NCBI GenBank assembly: GCA_903939515.1
Contig: CAJAHH010000008.1
Location: forward strand, 84 to 64,083
DNA length: 64,000 nt
Origin: an uncultured Verrucomicrobiota bacterium
GTDB lineage: Bacteria; Verrucomicrobiota; Verrucomicrobiia; Limisphaerales; UBA9464
Direction: 5' to 3'
Numbering within the stretch: position 1 is the stretch's first letter; every line of letters starts with the position of its first letter. The notes beneath the pieces were generated by a model that ran no database searches, was not told where the DNA came from, and was given only the letters and a program-made list of their open reading frames with translations. This document shows positions 8,922-23,522 of the stretch, piece by piece. The position numbers and the translations under genes are program-made.

Positions 8922-10538
8922 TCACTCCTCGCGACACACTCGCGTGTCCACCTGGGTCCAACGCAGATCAGATTCGGGGAAGTCCCGATTGCAATGAAGT
9001 CCGCGACTTTCGGTCCGCTGCAAAGCACTGGCCACAATAATTTCCGCCACGGTGGCCAAGTTTCTCAACTCGAGCAAATCGGCCGTAACGATGAAATCCC
9101 AGTAATACTCTCGAATCTCTTCCTGAAGATTGGCCAATCGTTTCTGTGCCCGCCGGAGACGCTTAGTGGTGCGGACAATGCCCACATAATCCCACATTAA
9201 CCGACGGATCTCGTCCCAATTATGTGAAACGACAACCATTTCGTCAGGGTCTGTCGCCCGACCCGTCTGCCAAGGCGGGATCGCTATAGACCCACCGCTT
9301 CCCGGCAATGTGAGGACCCGCTGGGCAGCTCGGTGCGAACAAACCAAGGCCTCCAGCAATGAATTGCTCGCCAGTCGATTGGCTCCGTGGAGGCCAGTGC
9401 AGGCCACTTCGCCCACAGCAAACAGTCCGTCCAGAGAAGTCTGCCCATCCAAATCGGTAGCCACCCCTCCGCACTGATAGTGGGCCGCCGGAACGACTGG
9501 AATCCAGTCCTTGGTCATGTCGATACCGAACTCAAGGCATCGAGCATGAATCGTGGGAAAATGACTCAGGATGAATTCACGCGATCGGTGGGTGATGTCC
9601 AGATACACGCAGTCGGCTCCGGTTCGTTTCATCTCCGAGTCGATAGCTCGAGCCACGATGTCCCGAGGCGCCAGTTCCAGTCGGGCATCATAGCGCTGCA
9701 TGAAACGCTCACCTCCCGGGGTGCGCAACACACCTCCCTCGCCTCGGACTGCTTCCGAGATCAGAAAGGACTTAGCCTGCGGATGGAAGAGGCAGGTGGG
9801 GTGAAACTGGATGAACTCCATGTTCAGGATGGGAACCCCTGCTCGATAGGCCATCGCTATGCCATCCCCGGTGGCGATGTCTGGGTTGGTGGTGTAGAGA
9901 TAAACTTTGCCACACCCCCCGGTTGCCAGCAGCACCGCGGGCGACTGAAACACATCAACCCGCCCCTCGGGATTGTTGAGCACATAGACTCCGATGCACC
10001 GGTTGGGGCCAGCCAACCCCAGTTTGGCCGTGGTGATCAGGTCGATCACCAGATGGTTTTCAAACACGGTGATCGCTGGACTGGCGGCCACCGCGGCAAG
10101 GAGGGCCCGCTCGATCTCACGGCCCGTAGCATCGGCAGCGTGCAGGATCCGCCGCTTAGAATGCCCTCCTTCTTTGGTGAGGTCCAATTCGCGGCGGCCA
10201 CCTCCACCTGGAATGTCTCGTTCGCTGAACTGCGCCCCCAACCGCATTAACTCGGCAATACGCTCAGGGCCTTCTTGAACAATGGTTCGCACCGCGGACT
10301 CACGGCACAAACCCGCCCCCGCCTCAAGCGTGTCTTGGACATGCATCTCGAAGCTGTCCTCTCGGCTCGTGACCGCCGCAATACCGCCCTGCGCCCAGTT
10401 TGTATTGGAATCGGCGCGATTCTTCTTGGTGATGATGGCCACCTTACCTCGGTGGGCCACCTCAAGAGCGTAGGTCAGCCCGGCCACACCGCTCCCGAGA
10501 ACGATGAAGTCGAATGAATGGGTCTGGGCTGAAGACAT
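8922..10538 (-). CDS. nadB: L-aspartate oxidase
   Basis: GSGVAGL FAD motif, WAQGGIAAV, EGGHSKRRILHA, QFHPT, LAPRDIVARAI, GLHGANRLASNSLLEAL. Confidence 0.96.
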   Translation of the reverse strand: MSSAQTHSFDFIVLGSGVAGLTYALEVAHRGKVAIITKKNRADSNTNWAQGGIAAVTSREDSFEMHVQDTLEAGAGLCRESAVRTIVQEGPERIAELMRLGAQFSERDIPGGGGRRELDLTKEGGHSKRRILHAADATGREIERALLAAVAASPAITVFENHLVIDLITTAKLGLAGPNRCIGVYVLNNPEGRVDVFQSPAVLLATGGCGKVYLYTTNPDIATGDGIAMAYRAGVPILNMEFIQFHPTCLFHPQAKSFLISEAVRGEGGVLRTPGGERFMQRYDARLELAPRDIVARAIDSEMKRTGADCVYLDITHRSREFILSHFPTIHARCLEFGIDMTKDWIPVVPAAHYQCGGVATDLDGQTSLDGLFAVGEVACTGLHGANRLASNSLLEALVCSHRAAQRVLTLPGSGGSIAIPPWQTGRATDPDEMVVVSHNWDEIRRLMWDYVGIVRTTKRLRRAQKRLANLQEEIREYYWDFIVTADLLELRNLATVAEIIVASALQRTESRGLHCNRDFPESDLRWTQVDTRVCREE

Positions 10539-10543
10539 CAGAC

Positions 10544-12151
10544 CTAGGAACCACTCGAACCGTGATACTCAATCCGAACAATTTTCGTGTCCGAATTGTT
10601 GCCCCAGTCCTTGCCGTACTCGATGAGATAGAGACAACCATCGGCACCCAATTCCAAGTCCATGGGCCGCTTGAAGGTCGTCGCAGGCATGAAGCGTTCC
10701 ATCATCCACTTGCCGTCGGCAGTCTTGGCGATGTTATCGTTCTCATCCAACTTCACAGCGATGATCCAGTTTCGGGACCATTCATAGATGAAGAGTGTGT
10801 GATCGAACTGTTTGGGTAACCGATGCGCTGATGGGTTCTTCGGATCGTAGTAATAGACCGGTCCGGCCATGGCGGTCCGCCCCCCAGAGCCGACCGCCGG
10901 AAAACGAGTCGAAGCCGACGCCGGATAATAGATAAACGCCGGTTGCGCAGGGGGGAGGTCTTGGATGCCCGTGTTGTTAGGCGATGTGTTCTTGGGGTGC
11001 TCCGGGTCAAACACTATTCCCTTCGGATCCCAGGCCTCCGGCTTCGTCGGCAATTCAGGAAGATTATTGGTCTCGCCCTTCTTTTTCATCTCCTCGATCT
11101 TCTTGCGGACCTGGTCATAGGCTTGACGGGCGTCGGTGCCGCGTTGGCGATCGACAAAGTTCACCTTCGTGTAAGCTCGGTTGTCTCCGACGAACAGGGG
11201 CCAACCGAAAAATCCGGGCTTGCGAGCCTGATTCACTTCATCGAAACCAGCGGATCCACGCTTCGCATCGGCATGTCCGGAGTCTGGCCCAACTTCTCCC
11301 CAATAAAGATATCCTGTCTTGCGGTCCACCGAGACGCGGAACGGATTTCGATTACCCATCACATAAACCTCTGGGCGAGTGCCGGCAGTGCCGGGTTTGA
11401 AGAGGTTCCCTTTAGGGATGTCGTAGCCGCCTTGCGGGCGAGGTTTAATTCGAAGCACCTTGCCGACCAAAGAATTTGCATTCGCGGCACTTCGCTGACC
11501 ATCCCAAGGGTAACGGCCAACACGCTCATCGTGCGGAGAGAACCCATCGGAGTCGAACGGGTTGGTGTTGTCACCAATCGACATGTAGAGGTTACCCGCG
11601 GAGTCGAAAGTCAACGATCCACCGACATGGCAGCACTGTTCCCGCTGGGTCTCGACATCAATGATGGGTGTCTCGGAGGCAAGATCCAGTTGATCGCCCT
11701 TCACAGTAAAACGAGCAACCCGAATGATGCCCACCTTTCCCTGAGAGTTGGTGGTGGTCTCGGGTAGAGAGCGGTTCACGTAGATCCATTGATTCTTGGC
11801 AAACGCCGGATCCAAGGTGATGCCCAGCGCGCCGTCTTCAAGGCCGGTGAACGTTGCCAACTTTGCGGCAACCACGGTGGATTTGGTGTCGGGCTTCCAG
11901 AGCTTAACAACACCTGCTCGTTCAACCCAGAACACGCGCCCATCCGGTGCCACCGTGAGTTCCATGGGATCGACAATAGTGTCTTTTCGGACCCCATCCA
12001 CCAAGGCATCCTCATCCAGAATTGCTTTTTTGAATGACGATTCCGGAGGCATCCAAGTTGAAGAAGAAGGTCCGGATCCAACTGGCGATTGGGCCAGAAT
12101 CGGGCTTACCAGCGCTAAGGCCAGTGCGGCGCAGAAACCGAAGGTGCTCAT
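10544..12151 (-). CDS. Secreted glucose/sorbosone dehydrogenase-like beta-propeller
   Basis: Signal peptide from ATG 12151; EDGALGITLDP, CCHVGG, GKVLRI, YVMGNRNPFR, GPVY, RPMDLELGADGCLYLIEYG. Confidence 0.85.
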   Translation of the reverse strand: MSTFGFCAALALALVSPILAQSPVGSGPSSSTWMPPESSFKKAILDEDALVDGVRKDTIVDPMELTVAPDGRVFWVERAGVVKLWKPDTKSTVVAAKLATFTGLEDGALGITLDPAFAKNQWIYVNRSLPETTTNSQGKVGIIRVARFTVKGDQLDLASETPIIDVETQREQCCHVGGSLTFDSAGNLYMSIGDNTNPFDSDGFSPHDERVGRYPWDGQRSAANANSLVGKVLRIKPRPQGGYDIPKGNLFKPGTAGTRPEVYVMGNRNPFRVSVDRKTGYLYWGEVGPDSGHADAKRGSAGFDEVNQARKPGFFGWPLFVGDNRAYTKVNFVDRQRGTDARQAYDQVRKKIEEMKKKGETNNLPELPTKPEAWDPKGIVFDPEHPKNTSPNNTGIQDLPPAQPAFIYYPASASTRFPAVGSGGRTAMAGPVYYYDPKNPSAHRLPKQFDHTLFIYEWSRNWIIAVKLDENDNIAKTADGKWMMERFMPATTFKRPMDLELGADGCLYLIEYGKDWGNNSDTKIVRIEYHGSSGS

Positions 12152-12546
12152 GCACCAAATCCGAGCGGAATTGGTCTCAACAATCAAACCTGATTTGGAA
12201 AAGATCGACGGAGATTGAAAATCGAGGGTCGAGGAAAGGGCTTTCGCTGAAAGCCGCGTCTCTTGTGTCAGTGACGGTGTGAAAACCACTAAGCCCAAAA
12301 ACTCAACGGATCATCGAGCCGGTCTGAGCTTATCGGTTGCCCCAAACGAATTCCGATCAACTCTGGTGGACCCCGGAAGTATTTAGCCTCATCTGGAAGA
12401 AGAAAGAAACGCGGGCGCTCATCCTGGAAGGCAACGGATTCAAGGATCCGTCAAAACTTCGGGTTCCAAACCGGCAACTTTCCGTGGATTCCGGAACGCT
12501 GCTAAAACTGTTGGACTATTCCTCGACAAGTCCATGACTTCGATTA

Positions 12547-13944
12547 TCAGGGAGGGCCGAGAATGTTCGTTTCCAAGAGGCGCAACCGGTCGGCAGCACC
12601 CTGAACCAAGACCCGAATCCGAGGATCCACGTCTCCCCGTCGGGCCAAGTTGCCAGTGCTACTGCGTTCCCTCTGGTAAGGATCCAGGATCTCTTGAAGG
12701 CGGCGGACCTGTTCAAAGCGAACCCGCATCTCAGGCTCTGTACCGCCGCCGCCCTGGCGTGAGAAATATCGGAATCCCAAATTAGAAAGATACCGCAATT
12801 GGGTGGTTTTCCGTTCGAGCACCGGCATCTGAGAGGCTAAAGGCCATTGCTCAATTGTCTCAGAAAGACGCAGAACTCGCCTGCCTAACGGAGAGTTCGT
12901 GGACCTTGCAACCTCGACCGTCTCTTGAAGGATAGCTCGCAAATGCCGATCGAGAGTCTCTGTTGTAATGAAGCGAGACGCATTCTGGGCGTAGAAAGCG
13001 ACAGAGGTCACCGCCCACCATTTCTCAACATCCAGCAAACTCTGAAATTCAGCAGGATAAGTCTTCAGAAGAGCGGTCTGCCAGTTCAAGGAACGATTGA
13101 AGGCGAAAACCAACGCACCCAAAGAACCAGAACCTCCCCCTTTCGACCGAAGATGATGAACGAACAACGCAGCAGAACCCTGAAATAATTGAAATTGGTT
13201 GGTGTCGTTCACCATCGCATCGGTCGGAAACGCCAATGCATCAAATCCCAAAGGCGAACGCCCTACCGTTTTGGCTGCAATGGCCACCAAAGGATCCATG
13301 GAACGGTTAGAATCCTTAAATTCACGGTTCAATTGCGGAACCAATTCCCTACTCGATTCCCCGATGAGCAAGGTCGTGACCCCTTCAGACAACCACAGCG
13401 GAATAGGATTCAATTGCCCCCCATTTCCTCGATTGGCGATTTCTAAGAGTAGGACCTCCACAGTCGTTCGGACCAGCAATGTCCAATGCACTCGATCCTG
13501 AATCTCCAAAGTATAGCGCCACCCATCGGAAAATTGAGTGGCAACAATAGTTGAAGGAGGGCGCCTTTTATCGGCCGGGAAAAGCCGAACCACGATCGAA
13601 CCGTTGAAGCGATCTTCGATCTTTAGAATCCGAAGCACCTCTGATTTGATTCTCTCGCAGGCTACAGAAATGATTGGGGGGCTGAGGGTCGCCACCCCCT
13701 GAGAGTCCAAGGGACGCAAAGGGGTGAAAGCAACCGATCGCTGAGAACCCAAAGGAATTAGAATCGGATTCGGCGCTCTTTCATCCGAGGCAGAAGCTTC
13801 GCCTAAAACCAAAAACTGGCCCGATCTACTTCGAGTCGGCACGCTCTTGGGCCGACGCGAAATCGAACCTACTTGGGCTTCGGCACCCCAATTGCCCGCA
13901 AATAGGAGCCAGAGAAATGGAATGACACCGAAGAATCTCCTCAT
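12547..13944 (-). CDS. Exported hypothetical protein (gluzincin-like PLWLSEG motif, no HEXXH)
   Basis: Signal peptide MRRFFGVIPFLWLLFAGNWGAEAQ; long ORF directly downstream of the zinc-ribbon gene. Confidence 0.7.
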   Translation of the reverse strand: MRRFFGVIPFLWLLFAGNWGAEAQVGSISRRPKSVPTRSRSGQFLVLGEASASDERAPNPILIPLGSQRSVAFTPLRPLDSQGVATLSPPIISVACERIKSEVLRILKIEDRFNGSIVVRLFPADKRRPPSTIVATQFSDGWRYTLEIQDRVHWTLLVRTTVEVLLLEIANRGNGGQLNPIPLWLSEGVTTLLIGESSRELVPQLNREFKDSNRSMDPLVAIAAKTVGRSPLGFDALAFPTDAMVNDTNQFQLFQGSAALFVHHLRSKGGGSGSLGALVFAFNRSLNWQTALLKTYPAEFQSLLDVEKWWAVTSVAFYAQNASRFITTETLDRHLRAILQETVEVARSTNSPLGRRVLRLSETIEQWPLASQMPVLERKTTQLRYLSNLGFRYFSRQGGGGTEPEMRVRFEQVRRLQEILDPYQRERSSTGNLARRGDVDPRIRVLVQGAADRLRLLETNILGPP

Positions 13945-13969
13945 GAATTCAACGGTTTGCGAACACCCC

Positions 13970-14281
13970 TCAGGTAGAGGGTGATTTCGGGGCCGGAGAT
14001 GGAGTCGGAGATTGTGTTGGCTTGGCTGCCGCAGCTCCGGAACTAGAATCACTTGCAGCCGAGGACTTATAACCAGAGCTGCGATAGTCGGTAATATAAA
14101 ACCCGGAACCTTTAAAGATCAGGCCGGAACCTCCGCCAACTCCGCGTTTAACCTTACCTTTGCCCCATTTTTTCTGAGGACACTTGTCTTTGGGGCATTC
14201 AGTCAGCGGCGCATCGCTCATTCGCTGTGACACGTCGAACTGCCCTTTGCACTTCACACAAACGTATTCGTAGGTTGGCAT
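13970..14281 (-). CDS. FmdB-family zinc-ribbon protein
   Basis: MPTYEYVCVKC..FDVSQRMSD.PLTECP...IFKGSGFYITDY with Ser/Pro-rich tail. Confidence 0.9.
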   Translation of the reverse strand: MPTYEYVCVKCKGQFDVSQRMSDAPLTECPKDKCPQKKWGKGKVKRGVGGGSGLIFKGSGFYITDYRSSGYKSSAASDSSSGAAAAKPTQSPTPSPAPKSPST

Positions 14282-14449
14282 AGCTCAATTCAATCCAAGT
14301 AATCGTCGGCCGGTTGAAACCTGATGCGGTATCAGAAACCAATCGAGTACCATGATTTTTACACGATGATTTTTGCACCAAAATTTGTTTCAACCCACTA
14401 CAGAATCATTCCAATCAGAATTAATCTAAGTCAGATCTCATCAGACACG

Positions 14450-14480
14450 AAAAAAGCCGGACTCTTGAGGAGTCCGGCTT
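14450..14480 (-). terminator. Intrinsic terminator of the rRNA operon
   Basis: Minus strand AAGCCGGACTC-CTCAA-GAGTCCGGCTTTTTT just after 5S. Confidence 0.85.
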
Positions 14481-14488
14481 AGGAAAGG

Positions 14489-14604
14489 TTCGGCGGCTAC
14501 CTACTCTCGCGCAAGCTATACAAGCACTACCATCGGCAATGCGGTGTTTGACGGCCGAGTTCGGGATGGGATCGGGTCGGGCCACCGCTTTATGGCCACC
14601 GTAA
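14489..14604 (-). rRNA. rrf: 5S rRNA
   Basis: Reverse complement contains CCGATCCCATCCCGAACTCGGCCGTCAA and GAGAGTAGGTAGCCGCCG; ends approximate. Confidence 0.93.
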
Positions 14605-14722
14605 AAATTTTAAGAGAACAAGTCTGCTTGGTTCTCTGAAAACTGCATATGTAGGAGTCTGAATCGTCGAAACGAGTGTGCTTCTTTTTTCAAATATTTG
14701 ACTATTTGAAGAATAACGAAGC

Positions 14723-17574
<2,852 letters not shown>

Positions 17575-17745
17575 ACAAATTTACTAATCGGAGTGCTTGT
17601 GTTACTGAGTTCGGTTAAGAACCTTTCACATATCCTTCCGGTGTCTCGACGATTCACTGTTTTACCCTTACATATGCAGTTTTCAAAGAACTCAAGAATT
17701 TGTACCCATTGAAGTGCACAAATTCAAAATTCGTATTTTTTGCTT

Positions 17746-17822
17746 TGGTGGGCCTGACTGGACTCGAACCAGTGACCCTGCGCTTATCAAGCGCATGCTC
17801 TAACCAACTGAGCTACAGGCCC
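17746..17822 (-). tRNA. tRNA-Ile(GAT)
   Basis: GGGCCTGTAGCTCAGTTGGTTAGAGCATGCGCTTGATAAGCGCAGGGTCACTGGTTCGAGTCCAGTCAGGCCCACCA. Confidence 0.97.
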
Positions 17823-17907
17823 TTTAAGATTATCCATTAACTAACCTCCAGATTACCTGGACAGTCAAACGTTGGATCTAGGTCACTGCTGATGTTGGAG
17901 CTGGGGA

Positions 17908-17983
17908 TGGTGGAGCTGGGGAGAATTGAACTCCCGACCTTTAGCTTGCAAAGCTACCGCTCTACCAACTGAGCTACAACCCC
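17908..17983 (-). tRNA. tRNA-Ala(TGC)
   Basis: GGGGTTGTAGCTCAGTTGGTAGAGCGGTAGCTTTGCAAGCTAAAGGTCGGGAGTTCAATTCTCCCCAGCTCCACCA; G3:U70 identity pair present. Confidence 0.97.
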
Positions 17984-18166
17984 AAGGTTTCCATTCAGCC
18001 AGAAATTAATTTCAGCTAGACTTACCTTATTATTGGCCATAGCTGCTCTCAGGCAGAACCAAAGCAAATTATAAAAGAACCACTGAGAATTGAAATGCAC
18101 GATGAGGAGAGTCAACTCTTACGAGTTGTCGACCTAGATGAATCTAGTAAAACTAGCCATCTGGTT

Positions 18167-19742
<1,576 letters not shown>

Positions 19743-20506
19743 AATATAACGTTGTAGTCCCCTTTTCGACACAACCTGTTTTACCAGGAAGGCTTACTGC
19801 GAGAACTATTTTTTGTGGCAACTGATTGCTCAGCTGCCGGGCTCTTCACTCATCGTGCATTTCAATTTTCAATGAACTCAGCGAATTGTCACTTTCGCTC
19901 CGAGCTTTTTAACACGAGTTTTACCTCGTATTAAAGTTTTATAACTCAGAATACCAACCTTTCGGTTGAAAACCACCCTTTCAGGCGACGAAAAATGTGA
20001 TTGAAGATTATTTCAGCTTCAATCCGATCCGGCTGATGAACTCAGCGGCTTTTAACCGCGTTGTTCGTAAGAACGAGTACAGTTAAGCCTAGGACCTTCA
20101 GACTGACAACACCTTTCTGGTGAAATTTTTGAAACTGATCAGGAACAGGCTGTTTCATTGGGGTTTTGCTCCACAATCTTTGGAAGATATTTTCACGACG
20201 CTGCCTAGGGACACCCGTTTCCCGATTCGATTCCCCCGCTGAAACAGCGATGGAACCATAAAAAACGACCACTGATCAGGTGTTGGAGATGCGGTTTTAA
20301 TGGGGGTTTTCGTGTTTTTGTCTATCTGAGACGGGTTTTTGGGGTCTGAGAAGGCCCTCCTGTTATTCGTCATGAGCGCTGCGCCAGATTGATTTCGAGC
20401 GCCCGGGAGAGTGACTGAGGCCCGCTGGATTCCCCTGGGGATCTAGGATTTTCCGGAACGTCTCGATCTGCTTTATCTAACCATCGAGTTCGCTGTAGAG
20501 TGCGCC

Positions 20507-21079
20507 ATGCTGATGCTGCGTCGTTCAGTTGATCCGGAATGGGCCCCTCGAGTGACCCGCTGTCTGCACGATTTGCTGGTAGATCACGCTCATCTCGAGC
20601 GAAAGGCAGCAAGCACGGCCATTCATCTCGAGAAGTACCGAGAGCTTTTTCCGAAGGTTCACATCCTGAACCGGATCGCGATTGAGGAGTTAGAACACTT
20701 CGAATTGGTTCTAGGGCTTCTGGAGCAACGGGGCTGGGCTTTTGGCCAACCGCAGCGTAGCGAGTGGATTACAGGCATGATGCGGGGCGTTCGTCAGGGG
20801 CGCCGTGAGTCAGCCATCGACCACTTGGTTGTGTGCACTTTGATCGAGGGGCGTAGCTGCGAGAAATTCCAAATCCTCGCAACCTACCTCGCCAACGAGG
20901 CTCCGGATCTATCGCGCTTCTATCAGTCGTTGGTGGAAACGGAGGGCAACCATTACGCAACCTATCTGATCATGGCCCGGGAGATTGACCTAGATGAGAC
21001 AAACTCCCGTCTGGATTGGTTTCTCGACCGCGATAGCGAACTGATGGGGCATCGCCACGATTTGTGCATTCTGCACTAA
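20507..21079 (+). CDS. miaE: tRNA ms2i6A37 hydroxylase MiaE (ferritin-like diiron)
   Basis: LLVDHAHLERKAA, EELEHF, LIEGRSCEKF, ETEGNHY and terminal ILH. Confidence 0.88.
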   Translation: MLMLRRSVDPEWAPRVTRCLHDLLVDHAHLERKAASTAIHLEKYRELFPKVHILNRIAIEELEHFELVLGLLEQRGWAFGQPQRSEWITGMMRGVRQGRRESAIDHLVVCTLIEGRSCEKFQILATYLANEAPDLSRFYQSLVETEGNHYATYLIMAREIDLDETNSRLDWFLDRDSELMGHRHDLCILH

Positions 21080-21134
21080 GTCTTGTGTAGCTTCAGTGAC
21101 TAGGGATCTACGTCCCGGGGGACGGACACCGCTG

Positions 21135-22061
21135 TTACCGGCAAATCGGCAGCAGCGCGGTCCAATGGCAATCGCGGCAAAGGGTCGCTTGCCGGGTGAA
21201 CTGCGTTCGACATCGCGGGCAATATTGGGTGTGAGCGGGGTCCTCGGCCCTAGGAGCAATGTCCCAGAGGGCAGGATCAACACCGCGCTGGCGAGCCAAG
21301 ACCTCAATGGCCGCACGAACCTCAACAGAACTGGGAGCATCAACAGGAGTGCCACCAGCGGGATTCTCCGAAGTAACTGAATACCGTAACCGACGCCATT
21401 GGTCGGCCGCTAAGGTTTCCCAACCCTGAAAACCGGGTAGAGCCGCTGCCACAGCCAACGGGTGAAAGCCGTCCAGAGCCATCTTCTGAGCGAGATCCAA
21501 AGACCGAATCGCCGCCAGCGGAGAGAGACTCGCGGAGAGCACCAACCTCAGGCGCTCGTCTCCAAACTCTGAGAAGATTTTGCCGTGGATTCGGGCAAGG
21601 AGGCAGGCGTTGGTGACCATGAGAATCAACGCTCCGGAACTTAATATCCAAAGCGTTGATGGGAGTCCCAAAAACTTCAGCAGCACCGGGCACACGATCC
21701 AGACCAGCCCCCACAGACACCAGGAGGTCCAGCGGAGCGGCTGGAACGCCTCCTCAACGCTCTGATAGCGCCTGCCGATCTCCACCACACTGAAAGCTGT
21801 GTCGATGGGAGCCCTGAGGGCGGTCGAACCAGTCGAGCCTGTGGGCGCAGAGGTTCGGACCGAATAGGCCCGACCCATCTGAGGGACCGGGTACACCCAA
21901 TGCAGAGATCCACGCGATGAAGATATCAGCCCCCCTTGGGTGAGCGCCTCCCAACCGCGCCCACGACGCCTGAAGAGCCAGGCGTCGGAGCGCACCCAAA
22001 CCAAGAACTCGGACAAATACAGCAAAAGGAAACACCCCAAGAGCATCGGCACCGGGCTCAT
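21135..22061 (-). CDS. Hypothetical membrane protein with C-terminal Cys4 zinc ribbon
   Basis: Several hydrophobic segments; YCPRC...CRDC at the C-terminus. Confidence 0.7.
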   Translation of the reverse strand: MSPVPMLLGCFLLLYLSEFLVWVRSDAWLFRRRGRGWEALTQGGLISSSRGSLHWVYPVPQMGRAYSVRTSAPTGSTGSTALRAPIDTAFSVVEIGRRYQSVEEAFQPLRWTSWCLWGLVWIVCPVLLKFLGLPSTLWILSSGALILMVTNACLLARIHGKIFSEFGDERLRLVLSASLSPLAAIRSLDLAQKMALDGFHPLAVAAALPGFQGWETLAADQWRRLRYSVTSENPAGGTPVDAPSSVEVRAAIEVLARQRGVDPALWDIAPRAEDPAHTQYCPRCRTQFTRQATLCRDCHWTALLPICR

Positions 22062-22082
22062 GACGCAGCTTCCCTGCTAGGA

Positions 22083-23480
22083 TTACACTTCCAAGGCTTC
22101 ACCCGGTGCTGGTTGCAGCACCTGAATTTTGGGATGTCGCGTTTGGATCTGCTCACAAATCCAACCCTTGGCTTGGGTGTCGCCATGACCCAAGACCACC
22201 ACGCGGGGATTGATCTCTGAAACCATGTTCATGAGGTCGTCACGATGGGCGTGCGCGGTTAGGTCGAAGTCGAAGACCTCGCAGTTTCGATTCAACTTTC
22301 CAACCGAAGGGCTGAAATGGAATCGCTCACCATGCTTGGCCGCTTTAAGACGACCACCCGGGGTCTCCGAGTCGGCGTAGCCTACAAAGAAAATACCATG
22401 CCGCTCCTCGCCCACAATACGTGCAGCCAAGGCGTGGGCTCCGGTGTTTTCGCTCATCATACCGGCAGTCATGACGAAAATCCTGCCGCCACGCAGCGAC
22501 ATGGATTCGATGTCTTTGGTGGAGACCACCTGGATGTTCAGCGCATTGGTCAGCTTGAGGTTCGGATGATGCCGATTGGTCCGGTTGGACTGAAGATCGT
22601 AGATCTCGGTGAAGACCCGTCCCAACCCCCCGATGTACACCGGTTGTTCCCGGAGTTTTCCAGCCCGCATGAGCAGAGCAAGGTAGGCGAGGATCTCTTG
22701 GGTGCGCCCCAGCGCAAAGGCCGGTATGAGTACCGTGCCTTTGCGGGCCAGAACCCGGTTGATTTCCTCGGCCAGACGTTCCAGCTCCTGATCTCGACTA
22801 AAATTAGGGGGTAATTGACGCGCCCCTCGAGTTGTTTCCATCACCAACACATCGGCGCGCACGCCCTCGAAATCCGCAGCACGAAGAAGGGTCTGGTCGT
22901 GAAAACAGACATCGCCCGAATAAAACATGCTCTGCTTGCGACCCCGCACCAGAACACCCGCCGAGCCCAAGGCATGACCCGCGTCGAAAAATTCTAAGGA
23001 AGGTCCATTCCGGCGCCCCGGAGTGGTCCCCTGGCTGCGGGCAAACTGAGCCCACTCGATCTCACGACGATAGCCAAAGCCCTGAAAGACTGGGGCGTAA
23101 TCGTCCACTTCTTCATGCGTATAGAGCGGGTATTCGCGGATTCCCAACTCATCGCGCTGGCGAACCATCACGTTGACCGAATTATGAAGGACTCGCTCAA
23201 CGATGAAGTAGCTCAGGTCCGTCATGAGCACCCGAGCATGGGGGAAATACTGAAGGGCCACCGGTAGCGATCCGACATGATCATGGTGGCAGTGGGTCAG
23301 CGCGATGGCATCAACCTCCAAATCCTTCACCGATTCATACAGTGGGAGAGAGGAAAGGCCTTCGCGCTTCGGGTGGGTCCCGGCGTCCATCAAAAGTTGG
23401 TGCCCATCAACGGAGAGCATCCAGGCACTTGCTCCGATGTCGTTGTCTGGGTTGAGGTTCGTAATCCGCATCGCGGACAT
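22083..23480 (-). CDS. Beta-CASP family metallo-beta-lactamase ribonuclease
   Basis: THCHHDHVG, AGHALGS, YSGD, METTRG, IPAFALGRTQE, AHAH and LGHGD motifs. Confidence 0.9.
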   Translation of the reverse strand: MSAMRITNLNPDNDIGASAWMLSVDGHQLLMDAGTHPKREGLSSLPLYESVKDLEVDAIALTHCHHDHVGSLPVALQYFPHARVLMTDLSYFIVERVLHNSVNVMVRQRDELGIREYPLYTHEEVDDYAPVFQGFGYRREIEWAQFARSQGTTPGRRNGPSLEFFDAGHALGSAGVLVRGRKQSMFYSGDVCFHDQTLLRAADFEGVRADVLVMETTRGARQLPPNFSRDQELERLAEEINRVLARKGTVLIPAFALGRTQEILAYLALLMRAGKLREQPVYIGGLGRVFTEIYDLQSNRTNRHHPNLKLTNALNIQVVSTKDIESMSLRGGRIFVMTAGMMSENTGAHALAARIVGEERHGIFFVGYADSETPGGRLKAAKHGERFHFSPSVGKLNRNCEVFDFDLTAHAHRDDLMNMVSEINPRVVVLGHGDTQAKGWICEQIQTRHPKIQVLQPAPGEALEV

Positions 23481-23522
23481 GGATAGACCCGGAATCCCTC
23501 CCACCGCAAACGCGGAAAGCGT

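Noticed and set aside
12152-12546. ~400-bp intergenic region containing a 66-aa ORF
   Set aside because: No recognisable motif, repeat series or stable structure that I can support.
17746-17983. tRNA-Ala before tRNA-Ile in the spacer (reverse of enteric order)
   Set aside because: To my recollection this order occurs in other Verrucomicrobiota; not treated as novel.
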